Source: Chlorokybus atmophyticus (lineage: Eukaryota > Plantae > Mesostigma and Chlorokybus algae). Taken from it: a stretch of DNA of 45,445 bases. Shown piece by piece: positions 15,932 to 27,772 of the stretch. A program made the position numbers and the translations under genes. The DNA is taken from NCBI GenBank assembly GCA_009103225.1, contig RHPI01000732.1:1-45445 (forward strand), in the 5' to 3' direction. Positions within the stretch are counted from its first letter, which is position 1, and the number at the start of each line of letters is the position of its first letter. The notes below the pieces were generated by a model. That model did no database searches. It was given only the letters and a program-made list of their open reading frames with translations, and had not been told where the DNA came from.

Positions 15932-16597
15932 TGGTATCGCGTGGCTATGACAAACTTCAATAAAGTGCCAATATCCCAAGAAAATGTCGGATAGTCCGTG
16001 GCAATACGGCATGCACCACACCCGTTTACATGGTAGGGTAAGGTGCCCTAACTTCGGACACTTTACACTAGTAAGGTCACCATTAGCTGAGCACTTCACC
16101 GTTTTAGTCAATTGATGGCTTGATTAAAAGCTAGTGTGATGACCTATCTTTCAAGCTTGTCCTTGTGTTTTTAGCCTATCAGATGCGTCCGTGAGCTTCC
16201 GGCAAAGACCAGTCAATAGTGCAGGCGATCTAAAGTGAAGTGAGCCTAACTTCGGACAGTCTAGTATTGCCTGTATGCTGTAAGACCCAAGGAGGTTGTG
16301 GCGGCGGTGAGCGCCTGTTCGTGGCGAGGGTGTTGTTGTTGTCGTGAGGTTGGATTGTAAGGTCAGTGGCGCATTGGCGGCGCCTTCTACGCACACGTGA
16401 GACGGAGGTAAGGCTTGTGCAGTGTGCATGTGCGGTGTGCACAGAGTTGTGTGAGCAGAACTGTGCATGCGCATGCAGCATGCATAGAGCGTGTGAGCAT
16501 GGCGTGCAAGGGCAGAGGCTTGTCAAGCATGTTTGTATAAACAAGGTAGATGTTGCGCGCTATCTCCAAAAGGGCTAGCTGCATGCACATGCTAGTT

Positions 16598-19238
16598 CTA
16601 GTACAGGATCTTTGCTAGGCGCAAGCCTCCTCTTCTTTGAGCGAATGCACGGTGTTTTGCCAGTGTTGCCTTGGACAGCGCTGGTCTTGCCGTGACGGCA
16701 CAGGTGAGGCCGTCTTCCTCCAGCTCAGCCCATGGCCCTGCAGTCGCTGGGGTGTCGTCCTCGGTGTCACTGCTAACCACCTCCTTGTTGCGCAGGGTTG
16801 CTGCGAGCTTCTTGGCCTCCTTCGCCGCCGCCTTCTTGTGCTGCTTCTCTGCTGCTGCAGCTGCCTTAGCTTCAGCTTTCTGCCTCAATCTCTCCGCCTT
16901 CTCCTGTGCATGGACTTCCTTCTCTTGGGCCTTTGCAGCCTTCTCTCCTGCTGCCTCTTCCCTCTTCCTCCTGAGATCTGCCTTCCTGGCAATCCTGCGT
17001 GCCTCAAGGCGCTCCTTCTCAGCAGCGCGTTCATGCAGATGTTGGATGATCTCGGGGCTGGTGAGGATGGTGGCGGCACGCATGTATGAGGGTCCTCTGG
17101 CATGAGCTCTGAGCTGTCCAGGCAGAACTTCCTCCGTGCCCAACTCCTCCTCCTCTAGAAAATCAGGTACTTGCGAGTTGTTGTTGTCGACGTCTTGAGT
17201 TTGCTCTTCTTCGTCTCCCTCACGGCCAAACTCTGCTGTGAACAGGGCCTCCAAAAGTGCTGGGCTGATGGTGCCTGGCTCTGGCTGGACTTCCATGTCC
17301 TCAGGATCATGCAGACGGTCGTCCAAGGCATGCATGTTCAATGGCCAGAGACCTGCAAGGTGAGACAAGCATAAGAGCTAGTAGACACTGCAAGGAACCC
17401 AAGGCTGCTACTGTGCATGCTTGTGCATAACCTTGCATGAGTTGGCACCGAGAATGAGACTGTGCATGCATCACTGTGCACTGATGCTAATTATGACTGA
17501 CCAAGGCATTGCATCCCAGGGTTACCTGTCTTGCGGAAGCCAGCTATAATGTTGGCAGGACTCATGGCCGTTAAGAAAGGGTTGGCAGTCAGTTGGATGA
17601 AGATCTTTTTACACATCTTCAAGTTGGGGTTGGAGGCCATGACACGAACATACTGGTGCTTGTACGCCTGCTTGAAGCTGCGAAAGCAGCTGACGTCGAG
17701 TACCTGCAAGGTGACCATGTGTTTGTGAGCTGTGCAATGTGCTGGCAACTTATGAAAGTGCATGGTCCCTACAGCAGTTGTACATCAGGCTTTCATACCT
17801 GCATGAGATGGGTGAGATGCGGTGGGAAGGTCAAGATGTGCACTCCGTTCTCAGCAGCTTGTTCCAGCATGTCAAGGTTGAATCTGGAAGAGTGTCCGTC
17901 CACAAGTAGAAGGCCTGGGTTTTCTGAAGAAGCACCGCCAGGTATGTTGTCCATAAACAGCTGAAACCATTGCTAGAATATTTCGTGAGTCATGTATGCG
18001 TTCTCCTGTGTGTCACACAAGTGCATGTTAGTGCATTGTCACATGTACATGCATATGCACATGCACATGGCAGGTACCTACATAGCAAGGCCACTGCCGG
18101 GGGGGGCATCTTCTAACCAATCCATGGTCACACGCTTGCCTTTGCAGATGTACAGGGGGGGCATGTGAGCACCAGCGGCGTTCACACAAGCCATGATGCT
18201 CATATGTTCTCTATTGCCACAGAGTCTGAAACCACGGGGAGCCACCACCTTCACAGTCCCCAAGTTGTCTGGTTCCAGCCCTGTGCCATCCGCATTCCAG
18301 ATGCGTGAAGGGGTGAGTTTCAGGTCCTCTACCGGGCGCTCATACATATGGAAGAAAGAGTGCACAGCTCCTGGGGTCGCCCATTGCCAACGGCGGCGGT
18401 CTAGACCCTCTGCTACTCTCATGCTGAGGTTGTGACGTGACAGGAATAGGCGACACCATTTCTTGCCAGGGATTTTGTTCTCGCCAAACCTCCTCAGCCT
18501 CTCCTCTGCTCCCTCCAGAAGTGTTATCACCTGTCAACACATCCAGTGTCGATTGCTGCACTGAATTGCATCCATTCAAGACTTACCCTGTGTTGCAGTG
18601 CAGCTACGGTGACAGAAGTGGCGTGCTTGCACATGTCCGTCACCCAAATAACCAGTTGATCTTCTTCACTTGCAGCGAGGATGGGAATGCGACCAGGCTG
18701 GCGTGGGTCATTAAACTTGGCAGGGTTTCTGAAGTAATCACTGAGAGTGGACTTGGTAACTCCGATATCGTCAGCTGCCTCACGCAATCCTCTCTCGCCA
18801 GTCCTGATCAGCTCACAGGCGGCCATCATCTTCTCAAGAAGAGTTGAGTTGCGTGAGTACATGGCATACTTGAGGCCCTTAGCCTGCACTAGAGAGCGTA
18901 GGTCTTGAGCCTTGAGGTTGCGTGTAGCCTTGCCCTTTGCTGGTGCAGTTGGCGTGGGGGGTTGCTTACGCTTGCGCCTGGCTTGAGGGGTGCGGTCCTT
19001 TGGGGCCTATACATACATCAGGGTGATGAGAGAAGCTATGGCAGCACTCGTGGCTGACCCAATCTCTCTGACTGGTCCAGCCAGCCAGCAATACCATAGC
19101 ATAGCATAGCATAGACAGCCTAGCTTGCATGCAATGCAATGCACATGTACTTGAGTTGCAGCTTACCCCGGAGTTGTTGGTGACATTGCTATCTTGATTG
19201 CCGCTCTCAAGACTGCATGCTGCTCGTGTCCGCACCAT
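16598..19238 (-). pseudogene. Intron-containing pogo-type DD35D transposase (HTH-psq, CENP-B HTH, DDE_1), inactivated
   Basis: Spliced reading MVRTR...; GERGLREAADDIGVTKSTLSDY; PGKKWCRLFLSRH; IWNADGTG; LLLVDGHSSR...FPPHLTHLMQ|VLDV with 35 residues between the second and third Asp; GFRKTG|LWPLN; K/E/A-rich tail. In-frame TAG at ~17974 and another at the exon end at ~18078. Confidence 0.85.
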
Positions 19239-19449
19239 GTTTGCAACACCACCACCACAACAGCACCCTAACACACACACTTGAATGTGGCTTGAAGCAC
19301 CACACTAGGCCTTATATATGATAGCCCTTGCATGTTGACTACTTTTACAATGTAACACACCGCCATCAGTTAGCTTCCCTCATTGCTATCACCATTTTGA
19401 TATTTCACCTAACGCGTAAGCTTTTTGCACATGCTATCTTTATGGCCCA

Positions 19450-19730
19450 TAACTTGGCGGCTGATTGGTCGATTAGGCTGCGCATAGATTCATTGCGAAG
19501 GTAATTAGATGATCTACCATATGCAAAAAACCCCACCGCCAAATCCCACCTCAGTCCTTATTGGCGATAGTTCAAAGTTAACAATGACCATGCAAACCAG
19601 CGCCCAAATTTCAAACTATTTGTAATTTGGCGGGTCAAAACAGCTCGGATTGGCGTCTAGAACCAGTAGCAGGCTCATTGTGACCAATCACAACACCTCA
19701 CCAAATTTCAAGCCAATTGGCCGCCAAATG
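19450..19730. promoter_or_regulatory. Cluster of TTTGGCGG (E2F-like) and CCAAT motifs upstream of the transposase
   Basis: TTTGGCGG or its reverse complement at 19536, 19626 and 19721, with variants at 19453 and 19600. CCAAT/ATTGG at 19464, 19560, 19649, 19684 and 19713. Function is inferred. Confidence 0.45.
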
Positions 19731-20207
19731 TAGATTCTACAGTATATTTTGCACGTCAACAAGGCAACTGTCCGAAGTTAGGGTCTGTCCGAAGTTAGGG
19801 CACCTTACCCTACTGCCCCGTTCTCTGAGGCGACGCAACACCGGCGGTGTGTTTTACGGTTGCACTGCAAGCTGTGTCGCAGCCAACCCTGGCGACCCAC
19901 GCTCGATAGTCCATTGTCAAGTCTTGTCTATCATTGCAATGTGTGTGTCACGACCGCCAAGGCGTCCGCGCCAGCTAACACAGCCACAAGAGTCTTGCTT
20001 GGCGCGTTGTCAGCCACCTTCGCCGTCACACAAGTTGCCAAGTCCTGACAACCTTTTTGTCTGTTTGCGTCGTCTCTGGGCACGGGCAGATTGCCGGCGG
20101 TGTGGCATACAGACAAGGGGCTGTGTGGGGACTCGCTATTGCAGCTCCACCACCGCCGGTCATCAGTCAAGTGAGTGCGCAGTTGTGAGAGTGTCGCATG
20201 CGTCCTG

Positions 20208-20258
20208 GTCACGTCACGTCACGTCACGTCACGCATGCATGCATGCATGCATGCATGC
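20208..20258. repeat. (GTCAC)5 abutting a (GCAT)n tract
   Basis: Directly visible, ~330-380 bp upstream of the ATG at 20585. Confidence 0.9.
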
Positions 20259-20584
20259 GTGTGGCTAGCGCTGTGTGGTATGTCGCAACGTAAGCACGGC
20301 TGCATAGATGCCAGCTTGCTCATATAAGCGAGCTGGCATTCATGCAGGCTGTACACTTGCCTCAACGCCGCAGCACAGCAGCAGCGCATGCGCTGTACGG
20401 TGTGCCTTTGTGTGCTGTGTTTAGGGTTCGGGTCTTGGCTGTGCACTACTGCATTGGCCTCTGGCTTGGCTGCTGCCAGCTGCATTGTGTGCATTGGCGG
20501 CCTGAGTTTGAGCATGCACGACCCGACACTGATGTCTTTGTTTTTCCCCCTGTTCCAGCCCACCCACCCACCCACCCACCCGTC

Positions 20585-21242
20585 ATGGCTCGCGCGGGCA
20601 GCAGCCCCCTCCATGCCGTGGCCGCCGCGCTGTTGTGCGCCGTGCTGCTGGTCTCCTCCGCCGGCAGCAGCCTTGCGGCGCAGCCTACCGCGTCGGACTT
20701 GGCGCTGACGCTGAAGGGCTTGGGTGACAGTGCCTTGCTGGAGCAGAAGAGGGCGGAGGGCATCGTCGTCGGCAGTGGCGCAGAGTACCGTTCCCCGGGG
20801 TCATCAAGGGACTCAGCGACCTGGAAGTTAGCAGTCGGGCAACCGCCGACGTAAGTTGTTGTTGTTGTTGTTGATGATGATGATTGTGTGCGTGTGCGTG
20901 TGTGTATGGCAACAGCAACTGACACGATTGTGTTCTTCACAGGCCCTGGAGACTGCGAATCCCTACCCCAAGCAGTCAGACCAGAAGCTTGTGTACGAGG
21001 CGTTTAAGAACTTCTTCATGGACCTGGAGAAGGTTGCGACAACCATCCGTAATTGCTTCAGACGCTTGACAGTCCCTGACGCCCGTCTCGTTGCCCTCCC
21101 CATGCGCGAAGCGCTCCTCAGACTGCAGGGTGATGGCTTGGACCATCTCGCCGAAGCCATCATCGACATCATCCCCGACGATGAAGATCTGGCCAGGCAA
21201 GCCAAGGACGCACTCTTCCAAGAGTTGTACTACACCTTTTGA
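20585..21242 (+). pseudogene. Small secreted protein gene B (2 exons, ~188 aa if repaired); one-base frameshift or sequencing error
   Basis: Signal peptide MARAGSSPLHAVAAALLCAVLLVSSAGSSLA. Strong donor AC|GTAAGT at 20850 and acceptor TTCACAG| at 20942. Exon 2 reads ALETANPYPKQSDQKLVYEAFKNFF...ELYYTF*. The phases agree only if one base is added near 20788 (giving EYPFPGVIKGLSDLEV...). Confidence 0.5.
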
Positions 21243-22013
21243 GAAAGGTGGTGTAAGACTCCTGAAAGAGGTGTCGCCAATGCACATTTCTCAGGCCTTT
21301 TCGGCTCGTTGGATGATTTGCTTGACCGCTAAGCATAACTTGTCCTTTGGTCTGGCGGTGTTGCTAGCTCAGGCCGTGAGTGATATATGCGTCTGTACAG
21401 GTGTGTAGTAGATTTTTTAGGGGTTACGAGAAGTGTGTAGGCATGAATATCCACATGTCCGGAGGGTACAAGCCCGATATATCGTGTCTGGAGAGAGAGT
21501 ATGAAGTGATGTGCACATAAGCGTACACCGTGATGTGTAACAGATCCCGTGTTGTTTTCAAAGGTGTGTGCATATAGGGGAATGGCATTGGCGGCCTTGT
21601 GGTTAGCATTTGCAATGCAGAAGTTGTATCGTAATACGTCACAGTATATATGCAACAAGGTGGGAAGCATAGCGGGCAAAAGTCTGTATGCACGCGCTTG
21701 CACTTCAAGTCAAGTAGTCCTGTGCTAAGCGTGTGTGCTGGATCGTAGCTAATAACATAGCTGAGACGTTTTTGCTGTGTTGCGTAGCTGTGTGCTTGAG
21801 CAAGCAGACTGACAGACGCTTGCTTGGGTGACTGCCTTGTGCATGCATGTGCGCCACTGCGTGTTTCACCCAAACCCAACCTCTGTGTGAAACCTCTAAC
21901 CATATCCCATCCTGCCCACCCACCTCCCGAGTTGCGCGCACACACCTTGGACCTACGCATGGCAGGGGCTGGCTTGCGGGAGAAGTGTGCGTGTCTACAG
22001 AAAATCGAAGACG

Positions 22014-22014
<1 letters not shown>

Positions 22015-22058
<44 letters not shown>
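22015..22058. repeat. (TG)n microsatellite
   Basis: Directly visible. Confidence 0.98.
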
Positions 22059-22059
<1 letters not shown>

Positions 22060-23314
22060 ACTATGAGAGAGTGTTCATGGCATGCGTTCCTAATGTGCGG
22101 TGGTGATGATCAGGCCTTCTCGAGGCGGTGCTGACCTGCAGGGGAGGTAGGTATAGTTCGTGTCTACTTGTACATAAACGGAGATGTTGTGCCCATATCG
22201 TCAGTTACAATCAGTTAATGACTTACCCACACCCAGATCTGTGTGCGTGTGCGTGTGCGTGTGAAGTGCGTGCACGACAACGAGCACGTGCGTGTGTGCG
22301 GGTGCATACCGAACCGGCAACCGGCGTGCGTGGCTGAGCGTATGTGCATTCCCATCCAGCAGGCGGAGTCCGCCTGCATCCAAGCTGATGTGCATAGGTG
22401 GGGATAACTCCCTACCACCACCACCCTCCCCCTACAGCTCTCAATCACCTCACGTGGGGGAATGGATGCGCGTGGCTGAATCAGCACACGGATACACCAT
22501 GAGCGCATGCACATGTACGCACACGTGTACACGCGCACATCCAATCACCCAGCCACACGAGCGCGTGGTCAGGCAGACACGGATTCACACACGCACACGC
22601 ATGGCTAACCATCAGGACGCAAGCGAGATCGAGGGGCAGCTGCGACGGACGGCCGCAGTGGATGCAGCTACAGACTGCTTACGCAGCATTTTTGAGTGTG
22701 ACATCAGACACAAAGGAGTGAATATGGAGATGCCTCAGGGCAGTACATACCCGCACAACGCCGCGCTCTTCGTGCAACTCGCCTTACCCCATCCTCGCCC
22801 TCCTCTAACTGCATCATGCTCATCACGATGATCACGCGTGCTACCTGCACCTTTCGCTTCGTTCGTCACAGTTGGTTGAAGTGGAATGACACCACTTCAT
22901 GCTGTTGCTGCTGCTGATGCTTGTGTCTCAGAAGCCTTGCGACCAACACGCATGCGTGGGTGCGCACGTGGGCGCGTCAAGCAGCGTGTTCGTTCTGTCC
23001 AACATGTCACTGCTACCGGTGGTATTGTTGCTCTTGGATTCGCAGCAGGTACAAGATGCAGACGCGCAAACCAACAGGACGAGACGGCCCAGCTCGATCA
23101 GCAGCTAGCAATGCACAAGTGGAGGAGTACAGAGCGATGTGAGACCAAGGAGACTAGTCTTAAGACAAGCACATAGACTACATGAACAGCACACGGGGCA
23201 ATCATACCATCATGTGAATGCCCCTTGTCTACATGAATTGCACCCCGCCTGATTGATGTGCTGGCAATGCGCTTTTGCGCTTGTCACAGTGCTGTGCTGT
23301 GTTTGGATAGTGGA

Positions 23315-23383
23315 TGCATGAGCGCATTGCATGCTGGCCCATGCTGATCAGCATGGGCCAGCATGCAGCAATGCGCTCATGCA
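23315..23383. repeat. Spacer-less palindrome with 33-bp arms and a 3-nt insertion in the right arm
   Basis: TGCATGAGCGCATTGCATGCTGGCCCATGCTGA|TCAGCATGGGCCAGCATGCA(GCA)ATGCGCTCATGCA, centred at 23347/23348. Confidence 0.95.
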
Positions 23384-24739
23384 CGACGACAGCAATCAGC
23401 TTGCGCTGTTGGTGCCTGGCCTCGTCGTGCTGCATATCAAATCCTGCTGCGACATGCATGCATGTTGCTGTTGTTGGCAGCAAGAGTCTGTGTACGTGGA
23501 TAGGTAGGTGGGCTTCTGGGTGGTGGCGGCGGCGGCGGCGGCGGCGACATGGTCCTTCTTAGCTGTTGGATGAGAGACACGGAGCGCCTCATCCTGCTGT
23601 GTCGCCGGCCGGGTGCTTAAACGTGTGAGCTGCGCGTGCTGCGGGAGGTCGACCGCTGCTAAGTGGGTGCAGTGGGGTGGGGTGTTTGGGCCAGCTGTAA
23701 GCTAAGCAAAGAACATGCGAAGCAGCAGCAGAGAAACATCGCTGCAGGTCAGGTGTAGTCTGACGTTCTCAGCATCGCTGAATACACGCATGCCATGGTG
23801 GTGGTTGTGTGTGCCAGCTGAGAATGAGCAGCGACTTGCAACCGTAGGTGGCGCACGCTGCGCCTTGCATGATTTCCATCAGCAACTCCGATATTGAGTG
23901 GTAGCATTGCGCCATTGTTGCTGCGCCCGAATGGTTGCAAACATGTCGGTGTAAGCACAACTAGCGTGTCGTTTGACACCAAGCAGATCATGAATGCTGC
24001 TGTTGGCAAGCACTTTGCCAGACAGAGTGTCTTGCAATGCAGCAAATGAAGCAGCCATTCTTTCAGCAACACAGCATGCTTGCCGCGGGGCATGAGACTA
24101 GAGTCATTTGGTTTCAAAAGCTCGAGTGCCAAGCGGGTCGACAAAAATGAATCACAACGTATACAGTGCAACAATGCTCTGCAACTCTATGCACAAATGC
24201 ATGTCCATGTCTGTTACTTTGCACTGGCAGCTTCTACGGTTGTGCACAAGCGTGCGCAGTAGGCCAGACTGGAAACTGCAGAAGCTATGTGATTCAATTG
24301 TTAGGGCTGAGTTACTTACAAAAGCAGCAGCACAGCAATGCAATGCAATGCAATCTCCTCACTCCGTTTGACCTCAGCCAAACACACACCCGGTCGTATT
24401 TTCGTCCGGCAATGTGCGCCTGTATGCCCCTGAGTCCACAGTATCCATGGAATGGGTAACACATAACAGCTGCAACTACTTTCACCATGTTCGTGTTGTT
24501 CTCACCGACTCACGATTATGCAGGCCTGACTGGCGTCTGGTTATCAGCGCCAGAGGCGGTCATCATGAATGACCACGTGTTGCTGCAAGTTCTTAAGACA
24601 GCGGTCTTGCCATCAACACATGAGGGTTGCGAGTTGTGCATCCAAGGTGAACAACGCGTCGGTCGCGACAAGCACGCATGTTGGTCTCGGCAGCAGCCAG
24701 CCGCCATGACAGCTTCCCAGCTTGCACAGGCCTTGCTTG

Positions 24740-25882
24740 CAGCATGCAGAGCGACATAGCGCATACCAACAACACCATTGTCAGGTTGACCACCGGGTTC
24801 ATTCACTACCTCACACGCTGCACTATCCCTACCACCCCGTTAGCCATGTAAGCATGCACATGCATATGCGTTCACCTGCACACCGGCCGTTGGTTCGCGG
24901 CCCAGTCTTAGCTGAGGCAGCAGCAGCAGCAGCAGACCCAACGGACTTTCCCTCCTCCTCCGCCCACATCACCACCGCCACCCACAACTGCGTCATACAC
25001 CCTGCTGTGGCTGCGTCGTTAGGGTTTGCGCCCATTAGCGCGCAGCATGCATACGTACAGCACGTCGCACTCCCTTTTCGCAGTGCTGTGTACTCCACCG
25101 TGATGACACGGGCAGACCTCGCTGCTCCCCATGTACTGCAATTCGCCGTAGTAATCCTGCTCGGGTGCTCCTTGCACGAAGTGAGGGCGAGGCTGTCGAT
25201 GCCGGCCGAGCACTGCCTGCATGCATGGCCAACGGGGTGCTGCCTCGCTATGCTATTCGCATGTCTATGCATGCATGGTGCCCCCGGTCAAGCACCCTAT
25301 TCACACCCAATAGTCACAAGCAATTAGCAACCAACCTATGGGACTAAGGGGACCTCCCCTATGCCTCAATATAGGGTAGCTAGGCGCACACCTCAACCAG
25401 CGTGGGCTGACCTAGCTTGCCTCCGGCTCGGGACGGCCTGAAGGACTGCCAGGGCGTAGTATGTACATACAATGCGAAACGGCAATGCACATGCAAAGTG
25501 GCATGCACAGTCAGCAGCATGCAGAGCAACATAGCGCATACCAACAACACCATTGTCAGGTTGACCACCGAGTTTATTTACTACCTCATACGCTGCACTA
25601 TCCCTACCACCCAGTTAGCCATGTAGCCATGTAAGCATGCGCATGCATATGCGTTCACCTGCACAACGGCCGTTGGTTAGCGGCCCAGTTTTCGCCGAGG
25701 CAGCAGCAGCAGCAGACCCAACGGACTCCCCCTCCTCCTCCGCCCACATCACCACCTCCACCCACAACTGCTTCATACACCCTGCTGTGGCTGCGTCGTT
25801 AGGGTTTGCGCCCATTAGCGCGCAGCATGCATACGCACAGCACGTCGCACTCCCTTTTCGCAGTGCTGTGTACTCCACCGTG
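24740..25882. repeat. ~365-bp direct repeat (24740-25102 and 25515-25882)
   Basis: The two copies are highly similar with a few small indels. Confidence 0.92.
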
Positions 25883-26588
25883 TATGCCATGCCCATTGCA
25901 TCCCTTGGACATTACCATACTATACTTGTACAATGCCACCACAAAACATGGAGACATTTAAGGCAATCACATGTATGCAACGTCGGCATGCAATCCACCA
26001 GTATAAAACTGGCTGAAAGGAGTTCGGTCAAATACTTTATGCATCAACCATTTGCAGGGTCTATCATGTGCTAATACTGCGTGCTCACGAGGATACTGTG
26101 CTCGAGCAGGGATAGTGGTTGTCATTAAGTTAAGGGTAGGTTTGCTGCCACGACTATTATCTTAATTAGCCCGAGATACTCAACCTACTCAACAGATCTC
26201 CATGTGTATACAATATGTTAGCATTTGATTGTGACCTCTAGGAACTGAGGTGAGTTGTATGCCCAAGGGCACAATAACGTAAAAATCCTCACCTTCAGAT
26301 GCAAAGTGCTTGTCCTCCGCGCCTGTGGTGAATTAATGAGTAATCAGCGTAGACATGCCGCACAATGTATTGTATGGGTGGATGCACCTGTCAATGTGCG
26401 CATGCGCACACATTGAAATGGCATATTTTGTGAGCGCTTGTAGACAATGATGCATGCGTGCAACAGTAATATTCTGCCTCAATGCATAGCGCACACATAC
26501 GCATATGGTAGGTGAGCAGCAGCATGCAAGACACATTATATAATGGGTGAGTTTCGCCATACATGGCATTATCACTATATAGTATGCA

Positions 26589-26879
26589 GATGGATAACTT
26601 ACTTCAAAGTTGCGCAAAGCACACTCAGATTGTTGTGCAAACACATGGCAGCAAACATTGAAGGCGCAGCAAGCAATTACCTGACGGCCCGCAGTATGCG
26701 CTACCTTGAGCCAAGGTAGAGAGACCTGCATTACGGATGGATAACTTACTTCAGAGTTGCGCAAAGCACATTCAGAGATTGTTGTGCCAACACATGGCAG
26801 CAAACATTAAAGGCGCGGCAAGCAATTACCTGACGGCCCGCAATAAGCGCTACCTTGGGCCAAGGTAGAAAGACCTGCA
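26589..26879. repeat. Tandem duplication with a 147-bp period; each copy carries a hairpin
   Basis: Copies start at 26589 and 26736. Both contain CTACCTTG-N3-CAAGGTAG. Confidence 0.92.
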
Positions 26880-27772
26880 AGTTTGTACTTTCTAGTAAGA
26901 ATGTTGTGGACTGTCATAGCATACTCCAAGTTTTGTATGTAGTTGGTTGTGATAACCCGTGTTGTGTAGGCAGGGGTAGGTGCCGGAAGTGAGTAATGTG
27001 TACATCCTCTCGGCAGGTGTAATGTTGGCTGAAGTTTCAAGAACACAATTCATGTGATTCGTTCATGTACAGAATGGTGGTGCCATGGGTTGCATGCATA
27101 ATGTTATGAAGGTGATGTTGTCTGCTTATATTCCGGGCACCTTTATTTCACCATGTGCATAACTGTTGCATGTCATGTGAAAGAGTGCGAGTCCCATTCA
27201 TGCGCAAAAGGTTGTGACTTTTGCTTGCCATTGCATCCTCACATGTGTAACCATGTAAATGAGCATCACTACCATTTAAATAGTGTTGTGTTCTTGCTGG
27301 TGCTGTGTGCGCACTGCTATGACGGATTGTGTATTGTATGTACTGGGTGGCGAGATGTGTATTTATCCAATAGGCTGTGCCATACATGTGCAACCATGCT
27401 GATGCATTTGCACACCCAAACAAAGACAGCAAACAAGCAATAAAATATTGAATTATACATCAAAGGGCTGGCTAAGGGCCTGATGCAAAGTGCAAGCAGC
27501 GGCAGCAGGGGCGGCGTTGACTGACTGACATCAACGACACAGCAGCAAACAATGCACTACCTGCGCGGCAGCCGTCGTGTCAGCACCGTCGCTCACAAGT
27601 ATCATTGATGACATGGTAGTGGACGCGGACTACTAGTGAACAACAACGACGACACGACCACGACGACGACTTGATCGCCACTGTCACCGCTGACAGTGCC
27701 ATGCAACGCAACATCTCGTGTTACCTATTTGCCAATATTGAGTATACTACATGTTTGTTGATATGTAGGGCA

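Larger units (their letters stand above)
16036..19810 (-). mobile_element. Full-length pogo/Fot1-like DNA transposon (3775 bp) with 25-bp TIRs and TA target-site duplication
   Basis: TA|GGGTAAGGTGCCCTAACTTCGGACA at 16036-16060 and its exact reverse complement at 19786-19810|TA. Extra internal copies of CCTAACTTCGGACA at ~16246 and ~19769. Confidence 0.95.

Noticed and set aside
22886-23176. Paralogue of gene B suggested by the shared peptide PLHAVAAA
   Set aside because: Similarity is limited to a low-complexity GCT-rich stretch and does not extend.
24480-25230. Possible PHD/RING-like or CACTA-like exons (DYYGELQY, CRDRRVVHLGC)
   Set aside because: Short motifs in different frames with intervening stops; I could not build a consistent spliced model.
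27153-27443. Cys/His-rich ORF as a zinc-finger protein
   Set aside because: TG/CA-rich decayed sequence yields Cys and His codons by chance. There is no convincing ligand spacing or gene structure.
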